Positions 17,622 through 27,590 of a stretch of 64,000 nt of DNA are shown piece by piece. The stretch's first letter is position 1. The number at the start of each line of letters is the position of its first letter. Origin of the DNA: a virus; IMG/VR virus record IMGVR_UViG_3300024264_000006, positions 32,001 to 96,000 of that record; one strand, written 5' to 3'. Below the pieces are notes generated by a model. The model did not search any database and was not told the DNA's origin. It saw only the letters and a program-made list of their open reading frames with translations. The position numbers and the translations under genes were made by a program.

Positions 17622-18566
17622 TTATCCTGTTGTCGAGGAAGGCCCACCTTGAACTACTGTGTAGTAAGGCCATATCACTTGCATCCAAGGGAAGAATTGT
17701 TTACACATTAATGCGTCATTAGGCCACATTCCTATTTCGTCTACTTTATCTAGTAGTTTCTTAGCAGCCCAAGGTTTGATGATGTACGCAGAGTTTCCCG
17801 CTAGACCTTGTGGTAAGGGATCGTCTCCAATGGTGTCCACGGAAGGAACTTTGTGAAATCCATGTTTACCAAACAATTTGCCATGGAAGATAGATGACTT
17901 ACGTGTGGCACCAATAGGACTATTGAGTCCAAGGATACCTCCGGAGAATTTGCCTTCTGGTTTTTGTTTACAAGATTCGTGCATATTCTTCCACTTATCT
18001 TTAATATCCCACGGGAGAACTGACATCTCTCTAGTGTCTAACCATCTGTTCCACCACTCCTCATCAATAGGTAGTGGTCTAGGATTTCCAATCTGATCCC
18101 ATCGGAACTGTCGAATAAACAATGCGTCTTGTTCTAGAACCATGATAGGTTCGTTCATGTCAATACAATGTTGCCACGCCCGCATGTGCGAGACCATACA
18201 TGCGATTACTTTACGATGGTCACCCGCTTCATACTTCTTTCGGTACAACCCCGTAGCAATGTCAAGACCATTTGCACGATCTTCTATAGGCCAAGTCCAC
18301 CTTGCACTTGAAAAGTCACGGTGAGATATGGATATCAATCCATCCCTTGCAGTGTCAGGCGTGGACGCATCCATCACGAGAGGATTGATATACGAATGAG
18401 TATTACGAATACTCTTCAACAATCGTCTGGTACTATGTGTCGCTGCTCCATCATCGGTCAATGAGATGATTATTGCTTTGATAAAAAGATTACCATTCAA
18501 ATCCGTCTGAGTTGGTTTAGGACTTTCTACCTTGTTCGCCATCTCAATAGCCTCAACCACGTCCAT
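17622..18566 (-). CDS. glycosyltransferase family 25-like
   Basis: CMVSHMRAWQ.C...VLEQDA, GNSAYII.P.AA.KLL. Confidence 0.75.
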   Translation of the reverse strand: MDVVEAIEMANKVESPKPTQTDLNGNLFIKAIIISLTDDGAATHSTRRLLKSIRNTHSYINPLVMDASTPDTARDGLISISHRDFSSARWTWPIEDRANGLDIATGLYRKKYEAGDHRKVIACMVSHMRAWQHCIDMNEPIMVLEQDALFIRQFRWDQIGNPRPLPIDEEWWNRWLDTREMSVLPWDIKDKWKNMHESCKQKPEGKFSGGILGLNSPIGATRKSSIFHGKLFGKHGFHKVPSVDTIGDDPLPQGLAGNSAYIIKPWAAKKLLDKVDEIGMWPNDALMCKQFFPWMQVIWPYYTVVQGGPSSTTG

Positions 18567-19254
18567 TCCAGTAATTTTTCTGCGCTCCAGTGTCAAAATC
18601 AAAACCCCATTCATCTATGTCATCCTTATACCAATCAGCAATAATCTGAATGGTTTTATCGGTGTACATGTCTTGATAGGTTCCTTTATGTAGGTTTGTA
18701 ACATTGCGGGGTTCTGGATTAAACAGAATACCCATATAATCTTTTATGTCTTCGTTGTAGTTCTCAAATCGAAGTATGTCACTTTGTACGGTTCCAAACT
18801 TATCGACCACATGATCTTTGGCTGGATACCATCCACGTACTGCACGATGCCACATATAATCAACACCACCCCACTTATGACGTTCTTCTAGAAACGCTTC
18901 AAATGATGAAATGTCTGCATACCCATGTTCACCGTAGTGATCTGAACTTTTTTCAACCTCAATAACTTTCTTCGCAAACCAGTAACGAGATACTACACGT
19001 GACCACGGATTACGTACAATTGCAAATGATTTATATCCTTGACGAACCTCTTTCTTCAAGTCTTGCCAACGTGCATGTTCATACCCCATGACATCGCCAA
19101 CACTTCTCATCTTTTCTTCTAGGCCTTTTGTGTACTCTCTAGTTCTGTGTATATCAGGAGTACATACAATAATCTGTTTGCGTAAATCTGGGTTCCTACG
19201 TATAGTCATCCCACCGTTCTTAGGGATGTGGATGAATATCCTTGGACTATCCAT
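18553..19254 (-). CDS. sulfotransferase (family 2)
   Basis: FIHIPKNGG.TI and FAIVRNPWSRVVS.Y. Confidence 0.85.
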   Translation of the reverse strand: MDSPRIFIHIPKNGGMTIRRNPDLRKQIIVCTPDIHRTREYTKGLEEKMRSVGDVMGYEHARWQDLKKEVRQGYKSFAIVRNPWSRVVSRYWFAKKVIEVEKSSDHYGEHGYADISSFEAFLEERHKWGGVDYMWHRAVRGWYPAKDHVVDKFGTVQSDILRFENYNEDIKDYMGILFNPEPRNVTNLHKGTYQDMYTDKTIQIIADWYKDDIDEWGFDFDTGAQKNYWNGRG

Positions 19255-19876
19255 GTTTGATTCTCAGTATATAACTGTCCGGATATGCACCGAAACCTTT
19301 AATCTTGGTGGTGCGATAGTCGTAATGTTTTAAGTCATACTTCTCAACCGTGTTCATGAATCGGACGTGTTCAGGCATAGAGTATAGATGTGGTCTTGCA
19401 TCTGTCCAAGGATTAGACTTCATGCGGTCTAACATCCAAACGTCTTCAATGAAGTATACACCATCTTGGTCTAGTAAGTCAATAAGATTTTCAAATGTTT
19501 TTCTGTTTGCTTCGGGCCAGTGTGCACCATCATCAATGATAAAGTCAAACTTGATATCCCCCCACTCTCTTCTTATTTTCATAGCAAGAGCGGCATGAGT
19601 ACTGTCATGTTTCATCCACTTGACTCTTTCATCTTTCAGTACATCAATGGTTGATGCTTGATGTCTCTCAAAGATATCAATTGTGTAGATAGTTGCGTGA
19701 GGGAAATACTCTAGGAAAGCTTCGGTACTCTCTCCCCTGAAACATCCAACCTCAAGGATGTTGACTTGATCGTATCGACGATCTTCCATGTAGTGTTCGT
19801 AACAACGGTCATACTTATGTTTTTTAGTCCCCTTGTCGCAGTCATACTTATCAAATAAATTTCTTAACGTTCCCAT
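19247..19876 (-). CDS. class I SAM methyltransferase (sugar O-methyltransferase-like)
   Basis: DK...H.Y, ILEVGC..GES, FDFIIDDGAH, YFIED. Confidence 0.8.
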   Translation of the reverse strand: MGTLRNLFDKYDCDKGTKKHKYDRCYEHYMEDRRYDQVNILEVGCFRGESTEAFLEYFPHATIYTIDIFERHQASTIDVLKDERVKWMKHDSTHAALAMKIRREWGDIKFDFIIDDGAHWPEANRKTFENLIDLLDQDGVYFIEDVWMLDRMKSNPWTDARPHLYSMPEHVRFMNTVEKYDLKHYDYRTTKIKGFGAYPDSYILRIKHG

Positions 19877-20415
19877 TTCACATACATCCTATTTTCGTCG
19901 GGCATGAACTCTGTCACTCTAAACCCATTTTCTTTTGCAAATTCTAAATGATCTTCAATAGTCCAATTGAAGAAAGGAACTTCCCCAACTCTGTTGTTAC
20001 CGTGATCACGATGGCCTGGATTACATCTCCAGTAAACTCTTGCTTTGGGTTTTAATGCTTCTGCAACTTTCTGACATTGCAATCTTATTAAATCTCTATC
20101 ACCAAAATTCAAACTACCCAGACAAAGAGCCACATCAAAATGATCTTCATAGGGCGCACCAAATACTTCAAAGTCTTCTATTGCAATAACTTCATCCGCA
20201 CCTATATCGGTGATATCGATACCATGCAGATTAGGAAGATGACGCTTAAGAGGATTAACTCCACAACCGACATCAAGTATTCTTTCTTCTTTTGAGATTT
20301 CATCAATCAGTTTAAAACCTGTCCAATAGTATCGATCAAAACCAGCGGTACGTGAAGTAGGCCATGTATTCGTGAAGTAATCTTCTAAAAACTCACGGTG
20401 TGGATTTGTAAACAT
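19864..20415 (-). CDS. class I SAM methyltransferase
   Basis: ILDVGCG, GIDI, FDVALCLGSLNF. Confidence 0.8.
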   Translation of the reverse strand: MFTNPHREFLEDYFTNTWPTSRTAGFDRYYWTGFKLIDEISKEERILDVGCGVNPLKRHLPNLHGIDITDIGADEVIAIEDFEVFGAPYEDHFDVALCLGSLNFGDRDLIRLQCQKVAEALKPKARVYWRCNPGHRDHGNNRVGEVPFFNWTIEDHLEFAKENGFRVTEFMPDENRMYVKWER

Positions 20416-20995
20416 AGACACAAATATCCCTCTCATTGTAATTATCAATAACAGCGGGATCAGACATTCCATAATCACTTAGACCTAATGCCTTCATGGT
20501 TCCCCTGTTAGTTGTACATTTAACTATTTTGTTCGTGTTATTATATATGAATTGATTAATAGCTTTATTTTGCCTTTGAATCTGTGAAAACATATTGTCT
20601 GGATTCTTATACCACTGGTAGTTGGGGTACTGAATATCAAACCCTCCACATTCCATCCACCAATCAAAACACTCCCAGTCATTTCTTACTACCAAAACAA
20701 TAGGATACTTCTTATAGTTATCTAACTGAGTCGCAAGAGTGTGTGACTTGATGAGACGTTGTTTACACTGGTCATGATAAGAATTAAAGGGTAAGTCCCA
20801 CTGATCCTTTTCAAACTCAAACTCCATGCCGGGGTCAAAGTATGAACCCGAATGTAATAAACCATTGTGGTGTTTATAAGCTCGATCAGATGACTTGTCA
20901 GTGATGTCAAAGTCCACGCATCGCATAAGACTATTCGCCACACTACTCCATCTACTGCCAGGCGCACCTGTCATTAGAACATAGTTATCTTTCAC
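20393..20995 (-). CDS. P-loop/sulfotransferase-like protein
   Basis: TGAPGSRWS, IKSH, VLVVRN. Confidence 0.5.
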   Translation of the reverse strand: MKDNYVLMTGAPGSRWSSVANSLMRCVDFDITDKSSDRAYKHHNGLLHSGSYFDPGMEFEFEKDQWDLPFNSYHDQCKQRLIKSHTLATQLDNYKKYPIVLVVRNDWECFDWWMECGGFDIQYPNYQWYKNPDNMFSQIQRQNKAINQFIYNNTNKIVKCTTNRGTMKALGLSDYGMSDPAVIDNYNERDICVYVYKSTP

Positions 20996-21620
20996 TTTTA
21001 GGCCTTAATCCGTCCCAAACTTGTTGATCCAACCAGTGTTCTTCTACGTATCTAACGTACTTGCTATTCTGATCTTCGTCTAGATGAGCAAACACTTGTT
21101 TGTCCGAAAACGCAATAGGGAAGTCTAGTATCGTAGACAACCACTTCAGGTACATGCATTTGTGAAGGTACAACGACTCGTGTGATAGAAATGCACGTTC
21201 AACTTTTAGGTTGCGATAGTAATCCATCGCTTGTCCCAGAGTGATCTCAAATCGAACTCTCTTCTGTTGCAGTGCATTGATGTTTACATCCCTACAAACA
21301 ATCGCAACAGTAACCGCATAACCAGCTTCTTTCGCTTCGTCCACCACTTCCTGTATCTTAGGAACTTGACGTACACCATCATATACGAAAGGCACACTAA
21401 CGTTCGCTACCATGTAACGTCCGGTAAGTTTCTCTTTTGTTTTAGATGGGTCTACCCAACATTCAGCGAATGGTTCTTCGTCACTGGGAATCCAATACTT
21501 GTCTCCAAAGTCCCATCCATTTACATCCGGATGGACATTGAATATTTTACTGAAGAGGTGATTACCAGAACCCTGTGGGCCTGTTATAATAATAAGTTTT
21601 TTATCGTTGTTGTCCGACAT
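20985..21620 (-). CDS. P-loop/sulfotransferase- or kinase-like protein
   Basis: IITGPQGSGNHL. Confidence 0.5.
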   Translation of the reverse strand: MSDNNDKKLIIITGPQGSGNHLFSKIFNVHPDVNGWDFGDKYWIPSDEEPFAECWVDPSKTKEKLTGRYMVANVSVPFVYDGVRQVPKIQEVVDEAKEAGYAVTVAIVCRDVNINALQQKRVRFEITLGQAMDYYRNLKVERAFLSHESLYLHKCMYLKWLSTILDFPIAFSDKQVFAHLDEDQNSKYVRYVEEHWLDQQVWDGLRPKSER

Positions 21621-22275
21621 AAGTACGTACCTTCAAAGGATTCACTTCATCTGTTGGCCCTGTTCCGGAGTCGGGGGCAAACACGAAAAGGGTTACGTCT
21701 TCGTCATGTGTTATGAAATTGTGTAATGTATTACGTTCCATAAAAAAGACAGAACCTTTCGCAATCTGAAAGTGTTTGTGATTATCTAATTCAATTTCAC
21801 CATAACCATTTAGAATCAAACCGATTCTTTGACTAGGGTGAGTGTGTAGGGTTTGAGACATGTTTGCTGGAAAGTGTGCATAGTTGACAACAGGCAGTCC
21901 CGCACGAGGCGGACTGATTGCGTTACTATTAGTGCCACCATCCATGTAAGACAAGTTTCCTGTCGTTATACCGTCTGTGACATAAACAGTGTCTTCGTTT
22001 AGGTTCAACCCTGAAAACCTAATATCAACAAGAGTAGATGTTCCGTTATGCATTTTTGCCCAAAGGTTCTTACAGTTGGTTTGTAATGCATTACATGTCA
22101 TACCACCCACAGTAACTTTATCAGTACGGATTGATGTATCTAAAGATAGAAGGTATCTTGTCCCTTCATGTTCAGGTATTGGTACACTTTCATGTATACC
22201 CTTCCAGACATGAACTTGATATTGCCAAAGGTTTGTGACATTTGTAACTGAGTTGTGCGATAGATCGTTCATCAT
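21601..22275 (-). CDS. cupin-domain protein
   Basis: QTLHTHPS.RIG...G.G...HNF.T cupin motifs. Confidence 0.75.
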   Translation of the reverse strand: MMNDLSHNSVTNVTNLWQYQVHVWKGIHESVPIPEHEGTRYLLSLDTSIRTDKVTVGGMTCNALQTNCKNLWAKMHNGTSTLVDIRFSGLNLNEDTVYVTDGITTGNLSYMDGGTNSNAISPPRAGLPVVNYAHFPANMSQTLHTHPSQRIGLILNGYGEIELDNHKHFQIAKGSVFFMERNTLHNFITHDEDVTLFVFAPDSGTGPTDEVNPLKVRTYVGQQR

Positions 22276-22850
22276 AATGTTAGTCCTGTAGCTTCTAGAA
22301 TTTCATCTGGTACAAATGGAACATCCATTCTTTCTGGATGCCATACTATAGCACAGATGTTATCCTTGATCCAAGACTCGCAGTCTCCTTCGGGATCAGT
22401 ACAGAGAATCTGTGCGCCAGGCGGTTTTTCCTTTATGAAGACGGTATGAAAACTATTGACCGCAACTTCTCTACCTTGTGTTTCATAGTAGTTGGTATGT
22501 TCTGAGAAGAAGTGTTTTTCTTTATCACCGTCAACTTGACCACGCAAAATGTGGGTAAGTAAGAAGGCACCATGACAAATACCCAGAACAGGTTTGCCCA
22601 TTGATACCATTGAGGTTGCTATTTCGGTTTCGGTGATGACACGAATGTCTTCGTTCCTACCACCAGTTATGATCAGAAGGTCTAACTCTTCAGCAAGTCC
22701 GTCATAATCTAAGTCCTTTCTGTTCGGAACAGGAATCAACGTGTGACCTTTGGTCAGAGGTGAATCATACCACCCATGATCAGTGAAGTCACCCGTGATT
22801 CCAGATCGTTCCGAATAAAGGACTACTCTTTGAGTCAGTCCAATTTTCAT
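22272..22850 (-). CDS. class I glutamine amidotransferase-like hydrolase (peptidase C26; PuuD/Cj1417-like)
   Basis: MKIGLTQR, LGICHGA nucleophile elbow, NSFH, WHPE. Confidence 0.8.
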   Translation of the reverse strand: MKIGLTQRVVLYSERSGITGDFTDHGWYDSPLTKGHTLIPVPNRKDLDYDGLAEELDLLIITGGRNEDIRVITETEIATSMVSMGKPVLGICHGAFLLTHILRGQVDGDKEKHFFSEHTNYYETQGREVAVNSFHTVFIKEKPPGAQILCTDPEGDCESWIKDNICAIVWHPERMDVPFVPDEILEATGLTL

Positions 22851-22856
22851 AATCTA

Positions 22857-23555
22857 TTACCAGCCGTAGGCTTCGTTTACTAGTTCTCTTGATCCGTTCG
22901 CTTCTACCGTGTTTGAACACGAGATTTCGAAAAGGTCTTTACGCATATTTTCAACAACTGATTTAACACGTGATTGTGTTTTTTCATCTGTTGCAAGTTT
23001 ACGCAACTTCCATCCACCAATAGAGGAATGGAAACCTTCATCCTTTGCGATTGTACGATAACGAGTAGAAATAAATTCATCCTTGATCGTATCTGCCATT
23101 TGATTCCAGACTGCTTCCGCACGTCCTTCCGCAACTAACTGATAAGCAGCAAGAACTGCTTCATCATTTTCCGCATCGTACTTCTCTAGAAGTGTTGCAC
23201 CTTTTGCTGTGCCTGCTTGACGTTCTGCTTCAAGCGCTGCAGCAACATCAATCTTTTCACCCTTAATGTGCTCGATTACTTCTTTAACCATACGATAGTG
23301 CTTTGCTTCATCAGCTGCTTGTCTGGTTAGAAGTTCAAGTTCTTTAGGGTCTGCATTATCGTCTACCTTGGCGATCTGTGCAGAGATTTCTGTCATGTTC
23401 ATTCTTTCATTAACCATACGGCCAATGAAGTGATCAACCATTTCTTCTTCGGGTAGGTCACCTTCGAAGTAGGCTTTGACGTTCATTTTAGACGCTTCGA
23501 AAAGCGCTTGGTTTTCTTTGCGAAGTTGATTCACAAAATCTTTAGGTTGTTGCAT
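22857..23555 (-). CDS. ferritin-like di-iron protein
   Basis: Two ExxH motifs (DEAKH, DEGFH), each preceded by a Glu-bearing helix. Confidence 0.75.
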   Translation of the reverse strand: MQQPKDFVNQLRKENQALFEASKMNVKAYFEGDLPEEEMVDHFIGRMVNERMNMTEISAQIAKVDDNADPKELELLTRQAADEAKHYRMVKEVIEHIKGEKIDVAAALEAERQAGTAKGATLLEKYDAENDEAVLAAYQLVAEGRAEAVWNQMADTIKDEFISTRYRTIAKDEGFHSSIGGWKLRKLATDEKTQSRVKSVVENMRKDLFEISCSNTVEANGSRELVNEAYGW

Positions 23556-23593
23556 AGGGTTCTCCTTTAATTTCACACTCTTAATATAGATAG

Positions 23594-24367
23594 TCACCTT
23601 GTGCTATTTATAACAATTTCTTTCTCAAACATCATGAGAATTTCATCATTTCTTTTTCGATACTCTTGTATCTCCTGTTCATACTTATCAAAGATTGTCT
23701 CTGTCGGTAATCCATATAGAAACAAATCCGCATAGTTTATTATCTGTAACTTACTATGTTTCCCAATCTCTTCATGGTTGATGACTAGATTCCTGTACTG
23801 GTTCTTCACCCATACTTCAGCGGGTCGTTTTTCTTTCCCGTCTTTAAGCCAGGCGTTTCTATATCCATAGATGTTACGTTCTAGAGACCATTCATCTCTG
23901 CCATGTTTCACGTATTGTAACACTGCAAGACTATACTTGTCAACAATATTATGAGGAACCTCTACACCAGAATCGTCAATCAACTTGCGGTCATCCTCAG
24001 ACATACTCATTCTTGGGGACAACCATTTTTTTATGAACATAAGTTCTAGGGTGTATTCAAATGAGTCATCATCACTTGCGTCGATGACATATGTGATAGG
24101 CACATCGTAGTGGGGTAGATAGTTTTCTATGTTTTGTTTTGCAACCAAGATAGTTCTATCGTCTACCTCTAGGGGTTCAGTAGTCCCATCAACTTGGCGA
24201 CAGTGAAGAGACCCACCGTACTCGTTCCAGATTACATTTCTCATACAGCCAGGATTAGTTGGCCACTTACCAGATTCATCTTCAGTAGTGGGATAAATTA
24301 ACTCAGTAAGAAACATACCCCCAGCACCAGACGGGTACTGTAATGCAAATTTTACTTTGGGTTTCAT
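23594..24367 (-). CDS. hypothetical protein (degenerate P-loop)
   Basis: N-terminal YPSGAGGMFL. Confidence 0.45.
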   Translation of the reverse strand: MKPKVKFALQYPSGAGGMFLTELIYPTTEDESGKWPTNPGCMRNVIWNEYGGSLHCRQVDGTTEPLEVDDRTILVAKQNIENYLPHYDVPITYVIDASDDDSFEYTLELMFIKKWLSPRMSMSEDDRKLIDDSGVEVPHNIVDKYSLAVLQYVKHGRDEWSLERNIYGYRNAWLKDGKEKRPAEVWVKNQYRNLVINHEEIGKHSKLQIINYADLFLYGLPTETIFDKYEQEIQEYRKRNDEILMMFEKEIVINSTR

Positions 24368-25149
24368 AGTCCACGCATTAACTCTTTAATGTTTTCTCCC
24401 CCGTCAGGCAACTTGTCCTTCAGGAAGAAGTGAATGAACTCACAGTTATCTAAGTTTTTTACAGCAGTATACAATCCATTCCACTTAGGATTCATATGTC
24501 GAACAGGTACTTTATACTTCTTTAGAAAATAGTTCAGTAGTGTCTGATCGGTAGACCACTTCCATGCACCTTTACCGTCAACAAAGTCTTTGAACTCTGA
24601 ACGTTCAATAAATTGTTTACCAGACTGTCCCTTCAAAAATGGTAGGAAACTCTCAGAATTTAAAAGTATCATACCCATATTGAAGAACTCAAATCCATGT
24701 TGATCCGGTCTGAAGTCAATCTTGTTTGTATGCAAGTGTCCATACTGCATCATTGAGTAGTTCTGTATCTTGTTTACATACCAAGGTTCAATATCCATGT
24801 CACGTTCACAGACAGCCCCGAAGGCATGTTCCGTTCCAAAGTCTTCAAAGATATTTGGTGCGTCCGGTTTGATGTAGATGTCTGCATCTATGATTGCAAT
24901 CTGATCGTAGTTGGGTAGGTAATCAAAGGCCACTTCTTTCTCAAAGATAGGTAGATAACCACCATACTTCTCAAAAGACTCACGTGATCGATTCATGTTA
25001 AATGGATCGGGTGCAATACGATACACCGGAGAACGTTGCGTATAATGTACAATATCATGCTTTTGGCAATAATAAGAAACACTTTCAATACAATGTTCGT
25101 ATAATTTAGAAGGCTTGCCTACGGCAACCTGATAGATCATTCGTCTCAT
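24364..25149 (-). CDS. glycosyltransferase (GT-A)
   Basis: IIDADI, FNMGM, TDQTLLN, FIHF. Confidence 0.75.
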   Translation of the reverse strand: MRRMIYQVAVGKPSKLYEHCIESVSYYCQKHDIVHYTQRSPVYRIAPDPFNMNRSRESFEKYGGYLPIFEKEVAFDYLPNYDQIAIIDADIYIKPDAPNIFEDFGTEHAFGAVCERDMDIEPWYVNKIQNYSMMQYGHLHTNKIDFRPDQHGFEFFNMGMILLNSESFLPFLKGQSGKQFIERSEFKDFVDGKGAWKWSTDQTLLNYFLKKYKVPVRHMNPKWNGLYTAVKNLDNCEFIHFFLKDKLPDGGENIKELMRGL

Positions 25150-25379
25150 TAATATAGTTTCTCTATCTGATAATCAAAGGGTGTTGTTGTTTTGATTTCA
25201 AGAGACTTACCACTAGTCTGTGTACCCTTAAAATGTGTTTGTGTTTTCTTTGAAATAGACTTCATCCTGTAGACTCTTTTAGTAGTCTTTGGATCGAAAT
25301 CTGTACCGCCTTTATACCATACGGTCAGTTCGTACTCTTCAAGGAATAAGGTCTTTAACCATTCTACTATTTTTTTCAT
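25149..25379 (-). CDS. hypothetical protein
   Basis: Translationally coupled ORF. Confidence 0.55.
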   Translation of the reverse strand: MKKIVEWLKTLFLEEYELTVWYKGGTDFDPKTTKRVYRMKSISKKTQTHFKGTQTSGKSLEIKTTTPFDYQIEKLY

Positions 25380-26353
25380 GTTATCTCCCGATAGTCATTC
25401 AGATCGAAATCTGTACCATGCATCTTATATAGGTCTCTCTCATGGTTTGTCCAAACTAATACTTCAGGATCATCAATTAAGAAGTCACAAGACTTACAGT
25501 AATCCGGATAGTTACCTGTTCGGTGACCCTCACGTAACGCAGAGTACTCAGGGCCACGAATGACCTCTTCGATTGTATTCTCAGAAGTGTGACCCAGAAC
25601 CGCCTCTTCGTCTTGTCCTAATACTTGACAACAAGGTGCGACTGCGCCAGACTTACCATCTAACCCGCCTGCTCGTATGACAACATCAGGAGAAAAAGGC
25701 CTACCGCAACTCTTGACCCCGCCTTCTCTATCGTAGGAAGGTTTATAGACTCCGCTCCAGTTATGCATCTTCCAGATTTCTGTTTTGATACCAAGTTCTG
25801 CCACAAGTTCTTTATATTGATCCAACTCTTTATCAATGTTATCGTTATCAGTGATAAGATGATAGGTAGCAATAACACATTTACTCCCTGTTTTGTTAAC
25901 GTAATCGACCATCTCACGGATGTTCTGTTTAATTTCGTGATACTGTCCGTGGATTGTATTATACATCCACTTAGAGTAATCCTGTTCGTCTGATCCAATG
26001 AATGAGAATCTGTAGAAGTCAAGGCCTGCGTCAACGCAGTCACGCATAAACTTACCCTTCATTCGAAATCCATTAGAGAATGCGAAACAACTTGCGCCAT
26101 ACTTCTTGACAATCTTGACGTACTCAGGCATGTTTCTGTTGAGTGTAGGTTCACCGGAACCCTCCAGATTGACAACACGTAAACCATGTTGAGCACAATC
26201 TTTTACGTTCTTTTCGAACTCTACCAATCCCATCTTTGCGAGGAATCTTTTATCTCTTCCACCAGTTCTTCTGTCCTGTGGACACATACTACATGAATAG
26301 TTGCAACCACCGTTTATCTCTATAACGGCTCGATCAATACTAATGTTATTCAT
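25376..26353 (-). CDS. radical SAM protein with SPASM/twitch domain
   Basis: CNYSCSMC, GSGEPTL, C-terminal C...PCC...CKSC. Confidence 0.9.
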   Translation of the reverse strand: MNNISIDRAVIEINGGCNYSCSMCPQDRRTGGRDKRFLAKMGLVEFEKNVKDCAQHGLRVVNLEGSGEPTLNRNMPEYVKIVKKYGASCFAFSNGFRMKGKFMRDCVDAGLDFYRFSFIGSDEQDYSKWMYNTIHGQYHEIKQNIREMVDYVNKTGSKCVIATYHLITDNDNIDKELDQYKELVAELGIKTEIWKMHNWSGVYKPSYDREGGVKSCGRPFSPDVVIRAGGLDGKSGAVAPCCQVLGQDEEAVLGHTSENTIEEVIRGPEYSALREGHRTGNYPDYCKSCDFLIDDPEVLVWTNHERDLYKMHGTDFDLNDYREIT

Positions 26354-27249
26354 TTTATAATACTTCTCATTTCATTTTCATATTTCACTGCTTTGTATTT
26401 ACTATGACCCAGCAGTTCATTGGGTCTGTTTAACCACCACCAGATATCTCTACCAAACTGTTTAACCTGTTCTGGTGAGTGGTCAGGATTAATTCTTATT
26501 GCATGATTGGTGTGGTATTTAGTTACTCCCTCTTTACTGATCACTGCAAGAGGTTTAGCGAAGTTCTTTGCAACGTAATGCCACATACCATCATAACAAA
26601 GCACGAGTCTACATGTAGATATGTGATATACAACTTCTCTTACAGGAGTTCTGTAACACAACTCAACTACATCTAATCCCGCTCGGCGTAGTTTCTGTAT
26701 TATAACATCCCAATCAAGCTTTGTCAACTTAGTTTTCCAGTCTCTTGGTTTTTCCGCATTGAACAGTGGTGTCCAGATTACAACCTTATTTCTTACTGTA
26801 TCTCTGAATGCTTCTTTTCGAAACAACCAATCATTGTCCGGAGACCTGTCACCTTTCCCGTCTGAAAATCTACCATTCTCAAACCAGAAACGAGCCTTCC
26901 AATCGCTGGTGTCTTCACCTCTTTCTTTCGGGTGCATGATTCTTTTGATTGAATTTTCAACCACAACGTCATCATCATACTTCCAATCAGTATATCTATC
27001 ACCAGAATAAAAGACGTGCGAAACCTCTACATCATCTTTCTTCGCATAAAGCGAGTGGATGTAGTCCATTCTTTCTATAATAGTTTCGGGGTCTTCGAAG
27101 TGATGTAAGTGATCTGGGCCATGTTCCCAGTGCATCTCTAAGTTGACTTTTATTTTCTGGGTGTGGGCGTGAAGGTGGACACAGTTAAGCGCCCACATGA
27201 AATCACCTACGCCAGGAGTTCCTCTCCACGTCACCTTTTCCATAACCAT
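26350..27249 (-). CDS. putative GT-B glycosyltransferase
   Basis: GVGD at the N-terminus; CYDGMWHYVA resembles the GT9 DSG..H.A motif. Confidence 0.5.
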   Translation of the reverse strand: MVMEKVTWRGTPGVGDFMWALNCVHLHAHTQKIKVNLEMHWEHGPDHLHHFEDPETIIERMDYIHSLYAKKDDVEVSHVFYSGDRYTDWKYDDDVVVENSIKRIMHPKERGEDTSDWKARFWFENGRFSDGKGDRSPDNDWLFRKEAFRDTVRNKVVIWTPLFNAEKPRDWKTKLTKLDWDVIIQKLRRAGLDVVELCYRTPVREVVYHISTCRLVLCYDGMWHYVAKNFAKPLAVISKEGVTKYHTNHAIRINPDHSPEQVKQFGRDIWWWLNRPNELLGHSKYKAVKYENEMRSIIK

Positions 27250-27260
27250 ATTTCATCCTG

Positions 27261-27590
27261 TTACCTGCCTTTACTAAATGCTTGTGCACCAAAGAATGCA
27301 GCCACAATACCAGCAACCGCTACAAAGTATGTAGGGGCCATATCACCTAGTGTTTTTGCTGCTTGATCTAGACCCACAAGTGAGGCAATTACCACCGCAA
27401 ACGGATACAACAATAAACCAAACAAGGCGAACCATGTCATGTTACGTTGTGCATCTCGCATCGCATCTTGGTCATCAAGTTCTTTTCTCTTGAACTCAAG
27501 AAACATTGCATGTTCTTCATCGGAAACTTTTCCGTCCCCATTCGAATCTGCGGGATGGAATTCTTTCGTTTTTACTTCTTCTTCTGCCAT
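27261..27590 (-). CDS. EF-hand plus two-TM membrane protein (holin-like candidate)
   Basis: DSNGDGKVSDEE loop; two TM helices. Confidence 0.55.
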   Translation of the reverse strand: MAEEEVKTKEFHPADSNGDGKVSDEEHAMFLEFKRKELDDQDAMRDAQRNMTWFALFGLLLYPFAVVIASLVGLDQAAKTLGDMAPTYFVAVAGIVAAFFGAQAFSKGR

